Positions 16,959 through 27,800 of a stretch of DNA of 64,000 nucleotides are shown here, piece after piece (position 1 is the first letter of the stretch; every line of letters starts with the position of its first letter). Where the stretch lies: NCBI GenBank assembly GCA_023387815.1, contig JAEWHK010000037.1, positions 17,972 to 81,971 of the forward strand. The letters run 5' to 3'. The translations under genes were made by a program, and so were the position numbers. Under the pieces are notes generated by a model. That model did not search any database, was not told the DNA's origin, and was given only the letters and a program-made list of their open reading frames with translations. The stretch comes from Pseudomonadota bacterium (GTDB taxonomy: Bacteria; Pseudomonadota; Gammaproteobacteria; Burkholderiales; Burkholderiaceae_B).

Positions 16959-19589
16959 ATGTCTGAAATCAACCGCAGCGATTTATTTGGAAAACTTGAT
17001 ACCCTGCTGTACCGCTCTCTGGAAGGCGCCACAGCATTCTGCAAACTTCGTGGCAATCCGCATGTGGAACTGGTCCACTGGCTGCATCAGATCATGCATG
17101 AGCATGACAGTGATCTGCAGAAAATCATCCGCTATTTTGAAATGGGCACAGAGAAGCTGGAACGCGATATTGTGGCTTCGCTGGACGAATTGCCTCGTGG
17201 TGCCAGTTCGGTCTCGGATCTGTCTGAGCATCTGGACAATGCCACAGAACGCGCCTGGGTGTATGGCTCGCTCAAATATGGAGATGCGCGGATCCGCAGT
17301 GCACATCTGATTCTGGGTATCCTGAAAACGCATTCCCTGCGCAATGTGCTTTACGGCATTTCAACTGAATTTAAAAAAATCACGCCGGACGTACTGGCAG
17401 ATAATCTGCCGGCCATTGTGAAGGACTCGGTGGAACAGGAAGATAGTGCGGCGCTGAGTGACGGTGGTGCCTCTCCGGTTGCAGCCGCAGGCGGCCAGTC
17501 GGCCTTGTCCAAGTATGCCGTGGATATGACGGCGCGCGCACGCAATGACGAGATCGACCCGGTATCGGGTCGTGATGAAGAAATTCGCCAGATGGTCGAT
17601 ATTCTGATGCGACGCCGGCAGAACAATCCGTTACTGACGGGTGAGGCAGGCGTGGGCAAGACGGCGGTGGTGGAAGGTCTGGCGATTCGTCTGGCCAGCG
17701 GAGATGTTCCGCCTTCGCTGCGTGACGTGTCATTGTATCTTCTGGATATTGGCCTCTTGTCTGCCGGCGCCAGCATGAAAGGCGAGTTTGAGTCGCGGCT
17801 TCGGCAGGTGATTGATGAAGTGCAGGCCAGCGAAAAGCCGATAGTGCTGTTCATCGATGAAATTCATACGCTGATTGGTGCGGGTGGTGCAGCGGGAACG
17901 GGTGATGCAGCGAATCTGCTCAAGCCGGCTCTGGCGCGCGGCCAGTTGCGTACGATAGGCGCAACCACCTGGGCCGAGTACAAAAAATATATTGAAAAAG
18001 ATCCGGCGCTGACACGCCGCTTTCAGGTTGTGCAGGTACACGAGCCAGCAGAAAATAAAGCGCTGATCATGCTGCGCGGACTGGCCGGCAGACTGGAATC
18101 CCATCATCAGGTATTGCTGCTGGATGAAGCCATTGATGCTGCCGTACGCCTGTCACACCGTTATATTCCTGCGCGACAGTTGCCGGACAAGGCGGTGGCA
18201 TTGCTGGATACGGCTTGCGCACGCGTGGCGGTCAGTCAGCATGCCCAGCCTCCTGCAGTGGAAGATACGCGTCGCAGGATTGAGCATCTTCAGATAGAAC
18301 GCGATATCGCACAGCGCGAATTGCAGGTCGGGGTGGGCAGTGATGAGCGTATCGCCGGCATTGATCGCGAGCTTGAAACGGCGCGCGCGACCCTGACTGA
18401 ACTGGAAGCCAACTGGCAAAGCGAGCAGGCCCTTGCGGCGCGGTTGTTCGAATTGCGTCAGGTGTTGCGCAACGAGGAAACCACTGAGGAACTGCGCGAG
18501 CAGACCCTGACCGAACTCAAAGACGTGCAGCAGCAGCTTGAAACCCAGCAGGGTGAGGCGCCGCTGATTTTTCCTTCCGTTGACGCCAATGCGGTTGCGG
18601 CAGTCGTCGCTGACTGGACGGGCATCCCGGTTGGTCGTATGGTGCGGGACGAAGCCAGCTCGGTATTGCAGTTGTCAGACTCAATTGAAAAACGCGTGAT
18701 CGGTCAGCGTGACGGACTGGATACGATTACGCGACGCATACAGACCTCGCGCGCGCGTCTGACCGATCCGAACAAACCGGTAGGCGTCTTTCTGCTTTGC
18801 GGCCCAAGTGGGGTGGGCAAGACTGAAACGGCGCTGGCGCTGGCCGAAACCCTTTATGGCGGAGAACAGAATCTCATCTCCATCAACATGAGTGAGTTCC
18901 AGGAAGCGCATACGGTGTCTACGCTGAAAGGCGCACCGCCTGGATATGTTGGCTACGGCGAAGGCGGAGTACTGACCGAGGCAGTCCGCCGACGGCCTTA
19001 CAGTGTGGTTCTGCTGGATGAAGTTGAAAAGGCCCATGCCGATGTGCATGAGATTTTTTTCCAGGTCTTTGACAAGGGCTGGATGGAAGACGGCGAAGGT
19101 CGATACATTGATTTTCGTAATACCGTCATCATTCTGACGTCGAATGTAGGCACGGACAGAATTGTGGACCTTTGCAAGGATCCGGATCTGATGCCGGATG
19201 CTGAAGGTCTGACCGGGGCATTGCGTGAACCCTTGCTCGGCGTATTCCCGGCAGCCCTGCTCGGACGCCTGGTCGTGGTGCCGTATGTGCCCTTGTCGGA
19301 TGATATGCTGGGCCGGATCGTGCGTTTGCAGCTTGACCGGATAGGTGCGCGCCTGCGCCAGAATCACAATATTGATTTTGAAGTCACAGACGCTGCCGTT
19401 GCGCAAATCGTGAGTCGCTGTACGGAAGTTGAATCAGGTGGACGTATGGTGGATGCGATTCTGACCAACACCGTGTTGCCCAACGTTAGTCAGGAAATTC
19501 TGAAAAGCACCATTGATGGACGAACCCTGGGTCGCCTGTTGCTGGATGCGAAAGACGGCGAATTCGTTTATCAGTACGACCAGGTATGA
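16959..19589 (+). CDS. tssH: Type VI secretion AAA+ ATPase ClpV/TssH
   Basis: N-terminal LFGKL...FCKLRGNPHVELVHW, two Walker A motifs (GEAGVGKT, GPSGVGKT) and GYGEGGVLTEAVRR. Confidence 0.97.
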   Translation: MSEINRSDLFGKLDTLLYRSLEGATAFCKLRGNPHVELVHWLHQIMHEHDSDLQKIIRYFEMGTEKLERDIVASLDELPRGASSVSDLSEHLDNATERAWVYGSLKYGDARIRSAHLILGILKTHSLRNVLYGISTEFKKITPDVLADNLPAIVKDSVEQEDSAALSDGGASPVAAAGGQSALSKYAVDMTARARNDEIDPVSGRDEEIRQMVDILMRRRQNNPLLTGEAGVGKTAVVEGLAIRLASGDVPPSLRDVSLYLLDIGLLSAGASMKGEFESRLRQVIDEVQASEKPIVLFIDEIHTLIGAGGAAGTGDAANLLKPALARGQLRTIGATTWAEYKKYIEKDPALTRRFQVVQVHEPAENKALIMLRGLAGRLESHHQVLLLDEAIDAAVRLSHRYIPARQLPDKAVALLDTACARVAVSQHAQPPAVEDTRRRIEHLQIERDIAQRELQVGVGSDERIAGIDRELETARATLTELEANWQSEQALAARLFELRQVLRNEETTEELREQTLTELKDVQQQLETQQGEAPLIFPSVDANAVAAVVADWTGIPVGRMVRDEASSVLQLSDSIEKRVIGQRDGLDTITRRIQTSRARLTDPNKPVGVFLLCGPSGVGKTETALALAETLYGGEQNLISINMSEFQEAHTVSTLKGAPPGYVGYGEGGVLTEAVRRRPYSVVLLDEVEKAHADVHEIFFQVFDKGWMEDGEGRYIDFRNTVIILTSNVGTDRIVDLCKDPDLMPDAEGLTGALREPLLGVFPAALLGRLVVVPYVPLSDDMLGRIVRLQLDRIGARLRQNHNIDFEVTDAAVAQIVSRCTEVESGGRMVDAILTNTVLPNVSQEILKSTIDGRTLGRLLLDAKDGEFVYQYDQV

Positions 19590-19684
19590 CCAGATAAATA
19601 AAACCGGCTTCGCAGTTGAAGTAAAACCGTTTAAATAAAACCGGATCTGCATTTGAATATGCCCGCATTGATCGCGGGCATATT

Positions 19685-20830
19685 TCATTTGTCGTTGTTG
19701 TTTTCTCTGTCCTTGTACCCGGAATGGGCGGCGCGACGCAACGTTTCAAGAATGTTATCTTCCTTGTGACTGTCCAGCGCCGTATCCTTGCTCAGCGTAG
19801 TCGGGCTATCATCGCTGAAAATCGTCTGCCGGTCTTTTTCCGCGCCATCGCTGGGCAGGGTATCCAGCGGATCGCCATCGATGGATGGATGATGCAGACC
19901 TTCAGGTCGCAGCAATTCCACCGGATTATGATGATTGCGATTCGTGGCCGACTCCATTTCGAAAGGATGTCTGTCATCCGGGTTTGCGCCGCCTACGGGC
20001 AGAACGCCCGGACCGATAAGCAGATCCTTGAAGATGTCATCGGGATTTTCAGGTGGCGCAGGGGGATTCTCTTGCGGTGCAGCCGTCTCCGGCGCGCCCT
20101 GGGCGGTATCGAATCCGTGATTGGCATCGACGCCCTGCGAGGCATCGGGATCACTACGCGGGGCCGCCACACTGCCTGGCATGGGGGCCACGGTGGTATT
20201 GGGAACGACAGCTGGTGGTGGCTCGCGATTGATCGGTGTGCCCAATGGATGCTCGGCCGGCTGCGATTCTGATAGCGGTTGTGATTGTTCCGGCGCCTTG
20301 TAGGCCGGATGCCAGGTCGGCAGCTGCGACGGATCATCAGAGACAGGCTCATTCATCCTGGGTGTCAGGGCATCGCCTGCCAGGCCGGCAACGCCCGCCG
20401 CACCGCCTGTGAATGCGACAGCATCATAAGGCGAAGCGCTCAGCTCGCTATTGTCTGCTTTTACTGGCGAAGCGTCCTGTTTTGCAGGCGCGCTGGTCAT
20501 CGCGGGCGCACTGGCCATTGCAGGTGAGGCGTCCACCGCAATCAGATAATCACCAATCAGAATCCGGTCGCCGCCCTGCACAGGGCTTTCCTGGGACAGG
20601 CCCAGTGGCGTATCGTTTACGCTGACGCGGCCCATGCTGCTCATATTCAGAATGGTCGCTGACGAACGCGACTCATCGATCCGGATGATTGCCTGAAGGC
20701 TGCTGAGTTCACCTGAGGTATCTGCCAGGTTCAGATCATTCTGTTCACCGCGACCAATTGTGCCGCCTGGGGCCTGTAACTGACAGGTGAACGATGTTGC
20801 GTTGTTCTGATTTTGTACGGTCAGTTTCAT
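19685..20830 (-). CDS. T6SS-associated FHA domain protein (TagH/Fha-like) with Pro/Ala-rich tail
   Basis: N-terminal FHA-like segment GGTIGRGEQNDLNL...SSLQA...GDRILIGDY, followed by low-complexity sequence; T6SS context. Confidence 0.8.
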   Translation of the reverse strand: MKLTVQNQNNATSFTCQLQAPGGTIGRGEQNDLNLADTSGELSSLQAIIRIDESRSSATILNMSSMGRVSVNDTPLGLSQESPVQGGDRILIGDYLIAVDASPAMASAPAMTSAPAKQDASPVKADNSELSASPYDAVAFTGGAAGVAGLAGDALTPRMNEPVSDDPSQLPTWHPAYKAPEQSQPLSESQPAEHPLGTPINREPPPAVVPNTTVAPMPGSVAAPRSDPDASQGVDANHGFDTAQGAPETAAPQENPPAPPENPDDIFKDLLIGPGVLPVGGANPDDRHPFEMESATNRNHHNPVELLRPEGLHHPSIDGDPLDTLPSDGAEKDRQTIFSDDSPTTLSKDTALDSHKEDNILETLRRAAHSGYKDRENNNDK

Positions 20831-20888
20831 GATGGGTTCTGCTCCTTGACGGGTACAAGCAGGCTCGCCCCCGTCGTGTCGCGCACGC

Positions 20889-21383
20889 CTATTTTGTCAG
20901 TGGACGTATCGGAGAGATACTGCCGGCGGGCCGGGTCGTTGTTGACGCAGAGCCGGTAGCGCCGACTGGCTGATGCTGGGCCTTTACGCGCTCAAATACC
21001 GGTCCCCATGACGGATGTGATTGCTCGGCGGGAACCAGTGTAAAGTTGGGATTTAGTGTCAGTATTTTTTCAAACGTGGTTGCACAACTGCGTTTAGCCT
21101 CTATAAGACATTCGCTGAATGCTTTATATTTGAGGGCAGTGGTATGCAGTCGTACAGAGCCGCTGTTCAGTGATGCCGTGTCGTTGACCTGAGTGATGAC
21201 GGCCTGATACTGACCGGCCATAAAGCTTTCACGAACGGGTCGGATCTGTGCTTCTTCTGTAGAGGTCAGTTCGGTCGATTCGGAATCTCCCCACAATGAA
21301 CATCCGGACACAGCAACGCTGGCGGCCAGGATGCCGGAGAGTAGAAACAGGCGGGAAACGGAATTTTTTTTGATTTGAGACAT
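20889..21383 (-). CDS. T6SS-associated lipoprotein (TssQ-like)
   Basis: Lipobox VSGC; ALKYKAFSEC...C...F...L.LNPNFTL.PAEQSHPSWGPVF pattern of T6SS accessory lipoproteins. Confidence 0.75.
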   Translation of the reverse strand: MSQIKKNSVSRLFLLSGILAASVAVSGCSLWGDSESTELTSTEEAQIRPVRESFMAGQYQAVITQVNDTASLNSGSVRLHTTALKYKAFSECLIEAKRSCATTFEKILTLNPNFTLVPAEQSHPSWGPVFERVKAQHQPVGATGSASTTTRPAGSISPIRPLTK

Positions 21384-21640
21384 GTCTGTGTAATAGAAAT
21401 AATTGATAATGCAGGCTCTCTGAAAAGCGGGATTACGTATGAAATAGTAATACGTTCAGATGACAATAACATGTTCGTTATGTGGCATACAGCTTAGGAA
21501 AAGTAAATTGTGTAACAAACAGGTAACTTTAGAAAAATACTGTTTATTTTGACTACATGTGGAGCAATTTCAGTAAGAGTATAGGCTTTTGCACATGGTG
21601 TTTTCGACTGTCATAAAAACACATTGAGAGGACATAGCAA

Positions 21641-22168
21641 ATGACATTTTTTCAAAACAAGATCATGCGATTGGGTGCTGCAGGCCTGCTTGCCACAAGT
21701 GTACTTGGCGGATGTGCATCGACTGAATCGAAAATGGCCGTGCCCTACGTTGTAGAGCTCAAGGCCGACAATCAGGTGAATCCCAACGCGAGCGGCAAGG
21801 CTTCACCCGTCAAGGTAACGGTATTCGAACTCAAATCCACGAATGCCTTTGATACTGCCGACTACTTTGCGCTGATGAAAGATCCGCGCGCGGTGCTGGG
21901 TGATCAGATGCTGGAAGTGAATTCGCGCATCGTCAAACCCGGCTCAACCGAAGAAATCAAGGCATCAGGCAATACCCAGGCAAAATCACTGGGCATCGTG
22001 GCTTCCTATCGGGATCTGAATAACAGTCAGTGGCGTCTCGTGGTGGATCTGCCAGAGGCCAAAAGCACCAATTTTTATAAGTTCTGGCAGTTCTCGCCCG
22101 ATGAAAAACGTATACGCATTGACGTGCAGCGGGCTGCCGTCAGCGTCAACAAAACAGAACCAAAATAA
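21641..22168 (+). CDS. tssJ: T6SS lipoprotein TssJ
   Basis: Lipobox LGGC; VNPNASGKASPVKVTVFEL, ADYFAL and GIVASYRDL...WR. First gene of tssJKLM. Confidence 0.92.
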   Translation: MTFFQNKIMRLGAAGLLATSVLGGCASTESKMAVPYVVELKADNQVNPNASGKASPVKVTVFELKSTNAFDTADYFALMKDPRAVLGDQMLEVNSRIVKPGSTEEIKASGNTQAKSLGIVASYRDLNNSQWRLVVDLPEAKSTNFYKFWQFSPDEKRIRIDVQRAAVSVNKTEPK

Positions 22169-22183
22169 ACTGCAGATTGTTTT

Positions 22184-23527
22184 ATGAGCATAAGAGATAA
22201 AGTAGTCTGGTCCGAGGGCATGTTTTTGCGCCCTCATCACTTTCAGCAGTTCGAGCGATTTCTTGAACACAATCTGCGCGTGCGGGTTGAAAGTACCACA
22301 AGTGTGTTTTGGGGTTTCCACGACCTGGATATCGATATCGATGCCCTGGCGCTGGGCAAGGTAGCACTCAAGAAAGCCACGGGTCTTTTCCCTGATGGCA
22401 CACCCTTCAGCTTTGATGCCGAATCCGCCCCCTATGCCCTGGAAGTGCCGGCAGGCACGCTGGACACCCGCGTGTATCTGGCGATTCCACGCGTTCGAGA
22501 AGGCGCTGAAGATGTCGTCTTCGAAGATACGCCTGATTCGCTGGCCCGCTATACGGTACGTGAAGAAGAGGTCGCCGATACCTGTGAAGTATCGCTGGGA
22601 ACAGCGGTCGTACAGGTCGGACAGCTGCGTTTCCGGCTGATGCTGGAGTCCGATTTTGGCGACGAATGGATCGGCATGCCGCTAGGCTGGATTACGGAAC
22701 GAAGCTCAGACAACAAGGTGGTGCTGGACTTCAATTACATTGCGCCGATTCTGTCGAGTCATGTCAGTTTTGCGCTGACCAGTTTTATTCGCGAAATCTT
22801 CGGTCTGCTGAATGCGCGCAGCGAATTGCTGGCGAATCGTCTGGGTCAGCCCGGTCGCGGTGGTGTGGCCGAGGTCTCCGAATTTCTCATCCTGGAAACC
22901 ATCAATCGCTATCGCGGTGCGCTGTGGCATATGATGACGCTGGGCAATCTGCATCCGGAACGCATCTTCCATGATTTTCTGATGCTCGCCAGTGATCTGG
23001 CAACTTTCACTGCACCCGGCAAGCGCATGGAGCAGTTCCCGGATTACGTTCATGATAATTTGCGCCTGAGTTTCGAGCCGCTGATGGAAGTGCTGCGTCG
23101 GGCGCTCACCACCATTCTGGAAGAACAGGCCATCCGTATTCCTCTGCACGACAAGGGCCAGGGACTGCGGGTGGGTCAGGTCACCGATCCGCATCTGCTG
23201 CAGTCTGCCGACTTTATCCTGGCCGTACATGCCGATATGCCTGCCGAGCTCACGCGCTCCCGTTTCCCTGCCCAGGTCAAGATTGGTCCTGTGGAGCGCA
23301 TTCGGGATCTGGTGCATCTGCAGCTGCCTGGCGTGACGCTCAAACCGGTAACCAATGTACCGCGTCAGTTGCCCTACAGTGCAGGACATATATATTTCTC
23401 CCTGGAAAAAACCGGCGATATGTGGAAGCAGCTTGAACGCAATGGCGCGCTGGCACTGCATCTTGCAGGTGAGTTCCCGGGGCTGACACTGGAGTTCTGG
23501 GCTGTCAGAGAAGATCGGGATAGATAA
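22184..23527 (+). CDS. tssK: T6SS baseplate subunit TssK
   Basis: KVVWSEGMFLRPHHFQQ N-terminus, QVKIGPVE, and LEFWAVR near the C-terminus. Confidence 0.96.
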   Translation: MSIRDKVVWSEGMFLRPHHFQQFERFLEHNLRVRVESTTSVFWGFHDLDIDIDALALGKVALKKATGLFPDGTPFSFDAESAPYALEVPAGTLDTRVYLAIPRVREGAEDVVFEDTPDSLARYTVREEEVADTCEVSLGTAVVQVGQLRFRLMLESDFGDEWIGMPLGWITERSSDNKVVLDFNYIAPILSSHVSFALTSFIREIFGLLNARSELLANRLGQPGRGGVAEVSEFLILETINRYRGALWHMMTLGNLHPERIFHDFLMLASDLATFTAPGKRMEQFPDYVHDNLRLSFEPLMEVLRRALTTILEEQAIRIPLHDKGQGLRVGQVTDPHLLQSADFILAVHADMPAELTRSRFPAQVKIGPVERIRDLVHLQLPGVTLKPVTNVPRQLPYSAGHIYFSLEKTGDMWKQLERNGALALHLAGEFPGLTLEFWAVREDRDR

Positions 23528-23529
23528 AC

Positions 23530-24843
23530 ATGGCTGAAAATTACGCCGGGACGTCCATCGGGCCGTGGTCAAATGCCGCTGCCGGTACAGAAGCGGGCAA
23601 GCTGCGCCCGGATGATTATGTGATCAGTGGCTCCAATACGCTGGTGGCAGCAGCCAATCCGCTACTGGTACTGATTCCGCAAATTCGCAATACGCGTTCG
23701 CATCCGTCTCCCATCCAGTTGCGTGAACATCTTGTCGATGAAATCCGTCAGTTCGAATTGCGTGCCCAGCACGCCGGTATTCGCAACGAAACCATTCTGG
23801 GCGCGCGCTATTGTCTGTGCACGGCACTGGATGAAGCAGCGGCACTCACGCCCTGGGGCGGCGGTGGCATGTGGTCAGCCAACAGTCTGCTGGTGACCTT
23901 TCATAATGAAACCTGGGGTGGAGAAAAGTTCTTCCAGCTTCTGGCCAAGCTCTCGCAGAATCCCGCACAGCATATCGATCTTCTGGAACTGCTTTATTAC
24001 TGCCTGGTCCTGGGCTTTGAAGGGCGCTATCGGGTGGTGGACAATGGCCGCTCGCAATTGGAAACCCTCAGGCAGCGCCTGCTGCTGATTCTGCGCAATG
24101 CGCGCGGTCAGTATGCGACGGCACTTTCGCCACACTGGCAGGACGCGCCGATTCTGAACAAGGTGCGCCGGCTGCCCATTCCGCTGTGGGTCTTTGCCGT
24201 GCTGGCCGCGGCTCTTGGCTTTTTGTCATTCCTGGGTCTGCAATGGAGCCTGGGCGACCGCTCTGACAAACTCTTTGCCGATGTCATCAAGATCAAACCG
24301 CCGACCGTCCAGATCAGTGCGCCGCAGGTCAAGCGTGAGCCGGTCAAGACAGACAGGATTGCTCCATTCCTCGCGCCTGAAATTCGCGAGAACCTGCTGA
24401 CCGTGCGCGATGAATCTGACCGCAGCGTGATTGTGCTGCGCGGCGATGGCCTCTTTGAGTCCGGTGCCGATTCCATTCGTTCACAATATCTGCCGGTGCT
24501 GTCACGTGTTGCCGATGCGCTCAATGCGGTGCAGGGGAATATTCTGGTTACTGGCTATAGTGACAATGTGCCGATCAAGACAATCAAGTACCCATCGAAC
24601 TGGGAATTGTCGCAGGCACGTGCCGACGCCGTGAAAAAACTGCTGGATGAACGCCTGAACGATAAAGTACGGGTACGCGCCGAAGGACGCGGTGAAGCCG
24701 ATCCGGTTGCGCCTAACGACACACCGGAAAATAAAGCGCGCAATCGACGCGTGGAGATCACCTTGCTTGTTTCCCCCGTTGCTCCGGGCGCCTCAGCCCC
24801 CGCAGACCCGTCTGCGATGCCTGAAAGGGGAGCTAACCGATGA
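23530..24843 (+). CDS. tssL: T6SS TssL/DotU with C-terminal OmpA-like peptidoglycan-binding domain
   Basis: ARYCLCTALDE, FHNETWGGEKFF, a TM helix, then GYSDN...SNWELSQARA...NRRVEI. Confidence 0.95.
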   Translation: MAENYAGTSIGPWSNAAAGTEAGKLRPDDYVISGSNTLVAAANPLLVLIPQIRNTRSHPSPIQLREHLVDEIRQFELRAQHAGIRNETILGARYCLCTALDEAAALTPWGGGGMWSANSLLVTFHNETWGGEKFFQLLAKLSQNPAQHIDLLELLYYCLVLGFEGRYRVVDNGRSQLETLRQRLLLILRNARGQYATALSPHWQDAPILNKVRRLPIPLWVFAVLAAALGFLSFLGLQWSLGDRSDKLFADVIKIKPPTVQISAPQVKREPVKTDRIAPFLAPEIRENLLTVRDESDRSVIVLRGDGLFESGADSIRSQYLPVLSRVADALNAVQGNILVTGYSDNVPIKTIKYPSNWELSQARADAVKKLLDERLNDKVRVRAEGRGEADPVAPNDTPENKARNRRVEITLLVSPVAPGASAPADPSAMPERGANR

Positions 24844-27800
24844 TCAGCCGTTTCTTCAGTTTCCTTTTCAGTCGTGGTCTCTGGGTCTTTTTGGGCCTGA
24901 TCGTTATTTCATTCCTGATATGGACCGTGGGCCCCAGCCTGTCGGTCAACAATTGGTATCTGCTGGATTCCCCGAAGGTGCGGCTGTGGGTCATTGGCAC
25001 GATCTGGGCAATCTGGCTGCTGCGTATCATCTGGCGCAAATGGCGCGAGGGCAGACTGAACGCGCAGTTGCTGGGACAGTTGCGCAAGCCCCGTCCGGAA
25101 GCCGAACTCAAGGACATGCCCGAGGAAGAGCGTGCCGAGCTCAAGGTTCTCTCGGAACGATTTGATGAAGCCATTACGCTGCTGCGCAATTCGCGTTTCG
25201 AAGCGGGTGAGAACAAATCGCCGCTGGCGCGGTTTTCCAAACAATATCTGTATCAACTGCCCTGGTATGTGTTCATTGGCGCGCCAGGTTCCGGGAAAAC
25301 CACAGCACTGGTCAATTCCGGTCTGAATTTTCCGCTGGCCGACCGCTTTGGCAAGGTCGCCCTGAAGGGGATAGGCGGTACCCGAAATTGCGACTGGTGG
25401 TTTACCGACGAAGCCGTGCTGCTGGATACGGCAGGTCGCTACACCACGCATGAAAGTGACCCGACAGGCGACGAGCAGGAATGGAAAGGTTTTCTGAACC
25501 TGCTGACCAAGTATCGCGGCCGCCAGCCGATCAATGGCGTCATGCTGACCGTCAGTGTGGCCGATCTGCTGAGCGCAACCGATACCGAGAGGGTGGCGCA
25601 TGCTGCCGTGCTGCGCCGGCGCCTGCAGGAACTGCGCGAAGAACTTGGTATCCAGTTTCCGGTTTACGTACTGGTGACCAAGACGGACCTGCTCTCGGGG
25701 TTTGAAGAATACTTTGCGACATTCAGCCGCCAGGATCTGGATCAGGTCTGGGGCTTTACCATTCCGTACGAGCAGGCGCAGAAGCCCGACTTCAAGCTGA
25801 TGACCGCCTTCGATACGGAATATGAGCTGCTGCAGAAACGGCTTTATGAAGCGCTGCCCGATGTGCTGGCGGCGGAACCGGATGAAACGCGACGGGCACT
25901 GGCTTACCTGCTGCCCCAGCAGTTTGCCGGACTGCGTCAGGTCCTGGGTCACTTCCTGAGCGATGTGTTTTCCAGCTCCAAGTTTGAATCGGTGGTGATA
26001 CCGCGCGGTATTTATTTCACCAGTGGTACGCAGGGCGGTCAGACCTTTGATCGGGTCACCGGCCAACTCAAAAAATATCTGAAGATTGAAGGTATCCGCG
26101 ATCAGGGCTCCAGCATTCCGCTGGAATCCGGCAAAAGCTACTTCCTGCATAATCTGCTCAAGGATGTGGTGTTCCCGGAGGCCGCGCTGGCGGGCCTGAA
26201 CCTCAAATGGGAACGGCGCTACCGGACCATACAGTGGAGCGGCTATGTCCTGCTCACGGCCATTCTGGCGGTCTGCCTGCTTGCCTGGCTCAACAGTTAC
26301 CGCAATAACCGGAATTATCTGGATTATGTCGGCGACAAACTGCCGGGTTATAACAAGCTCAGCCAGGATATCAAGATCACGGAATCCGGTGATGTGCTGG
26401 GTCTCATGCCATTCATGAACGCGACCACCGAGTTGCCGGATGGCGAAAATTTCCCCGTTAACGAGCCGCCAGTCTGGAATACCTTCGGGCTGTATCAGGG
26501 CAGCAAAATCGCCGCTGCGGCCAACAGCATTTACGATGAAACCCTCAAGCAGGTGCTCCTGCCTCAGGTGTCGCGTCGTATTGAAAATGCCCTGGAGAAT
26601 GCGCCTCCGGATGATCTTGAGTATTCTTACGAAGCGCTGCGCGCCTATCTGATGATGTACGATCCGGATCATTACGATCCCTCGTTCCTGCAGTCCTGGG
26701 TGCTTTCTGATATGCAGAAAATACTGCCGGCAGGCTATACCACCCAGGATTATGACCAGCTCAAGATGCATATCAACAGACTGTTCAATAATGGGGTCGT
26801 GTCGTCTCCGTTCCCCAAAAATGACGGGTTGATCGAACGGGTGCGGGGCGCGCTGGATCGCCATGCACTGTCTGAGCGCGTCTACAGCCGCATGCTGCGC
26901 TTGCTGTCCGGTCAGCAACTGACGCAAAGTACCTTCATCACGCTCGGTGGCGCCGAGGCCTCCACGGTTTTTTTTCGCAAAAGTGGCAAGCCGCTGAACG
27001 AAGGCATCCCCGGTCTTTACACCTACAACGGCTACTGGAACGTCTTCAGCAAAAGTGTTGAAAACGTCGCAACACAATTGCGCGAAGATGATACCTGGGT
27101 GCTCAACGTCAAGTCCGGCAGCTTTGCGGATGGCAGCAATCGCAAGCTGCTGGAAGATGTAAAAAAAAGATACTTTGACGACTATGTGCAGTACTGGGAT
27201 AACTATCTGGCCGATGTCTCTGTGCGCAAACCGCAAAACCTGCTGCAGAGCATAGAGATTGCGCGCAGTCTGTCCTCAACCAACTCGCCGCTGGTCAAGT
27301 TTGTCAAAGGCGTGGCACTGGAAACCACGCTGTTGCGCGAAGACGAGCAGAACCAGCGTTCGCTGATTGATCGGGCGCGTGAACGCGTCAGTGGCTCCAC
27401 GCAGTCGCTCGAATCCATGTTCGGCCCTACCGGTATCGATAATCCCATACGCAAGGATGCGACCGAAGAGAAGCTGGAAAAAATGGTCGACAATCATTTC
27501 GTGCAGTACCGTGAACTGGCCAGAAGTGCCGGCCAGGGTGTGCCCCCGCCCATTGAAGGCACGACGGGTCTGCTTAACGAGCTGTACACCTACCTGACGG
27601 CGGCGGACACTGCGCTGCGCAGCCAGAGTCCCTTGCCGCCCGGAGACGTGCTGACCAAGCTGCAGGCCGAGGCTGGCCGCGTTCCGCCGGCCGTGGGCGA
27701 TGTGCTCACGGATCTTTCGGTAACCGCATCGCGCCAGGTGGCGGGTGTGCGTCAGGAAAAAGTGGGTGAAGATGTGAACGCCGTGCTGGGCAATTTCTGC

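Noticed and set aside
21483..21498. Possible sigma54 promoter (TGGCATACAGCTTAG) upstream of tssJ
   Set aside because: The -24 GG is present but the -12 GC is not (TTAG instead of TTGC).
24909..27236. 775-aa antisense ORF inside tssM
   Set aside because: No recognisable motifs; a typical shadow ORF on the opposite strand of a GC-rich gene.
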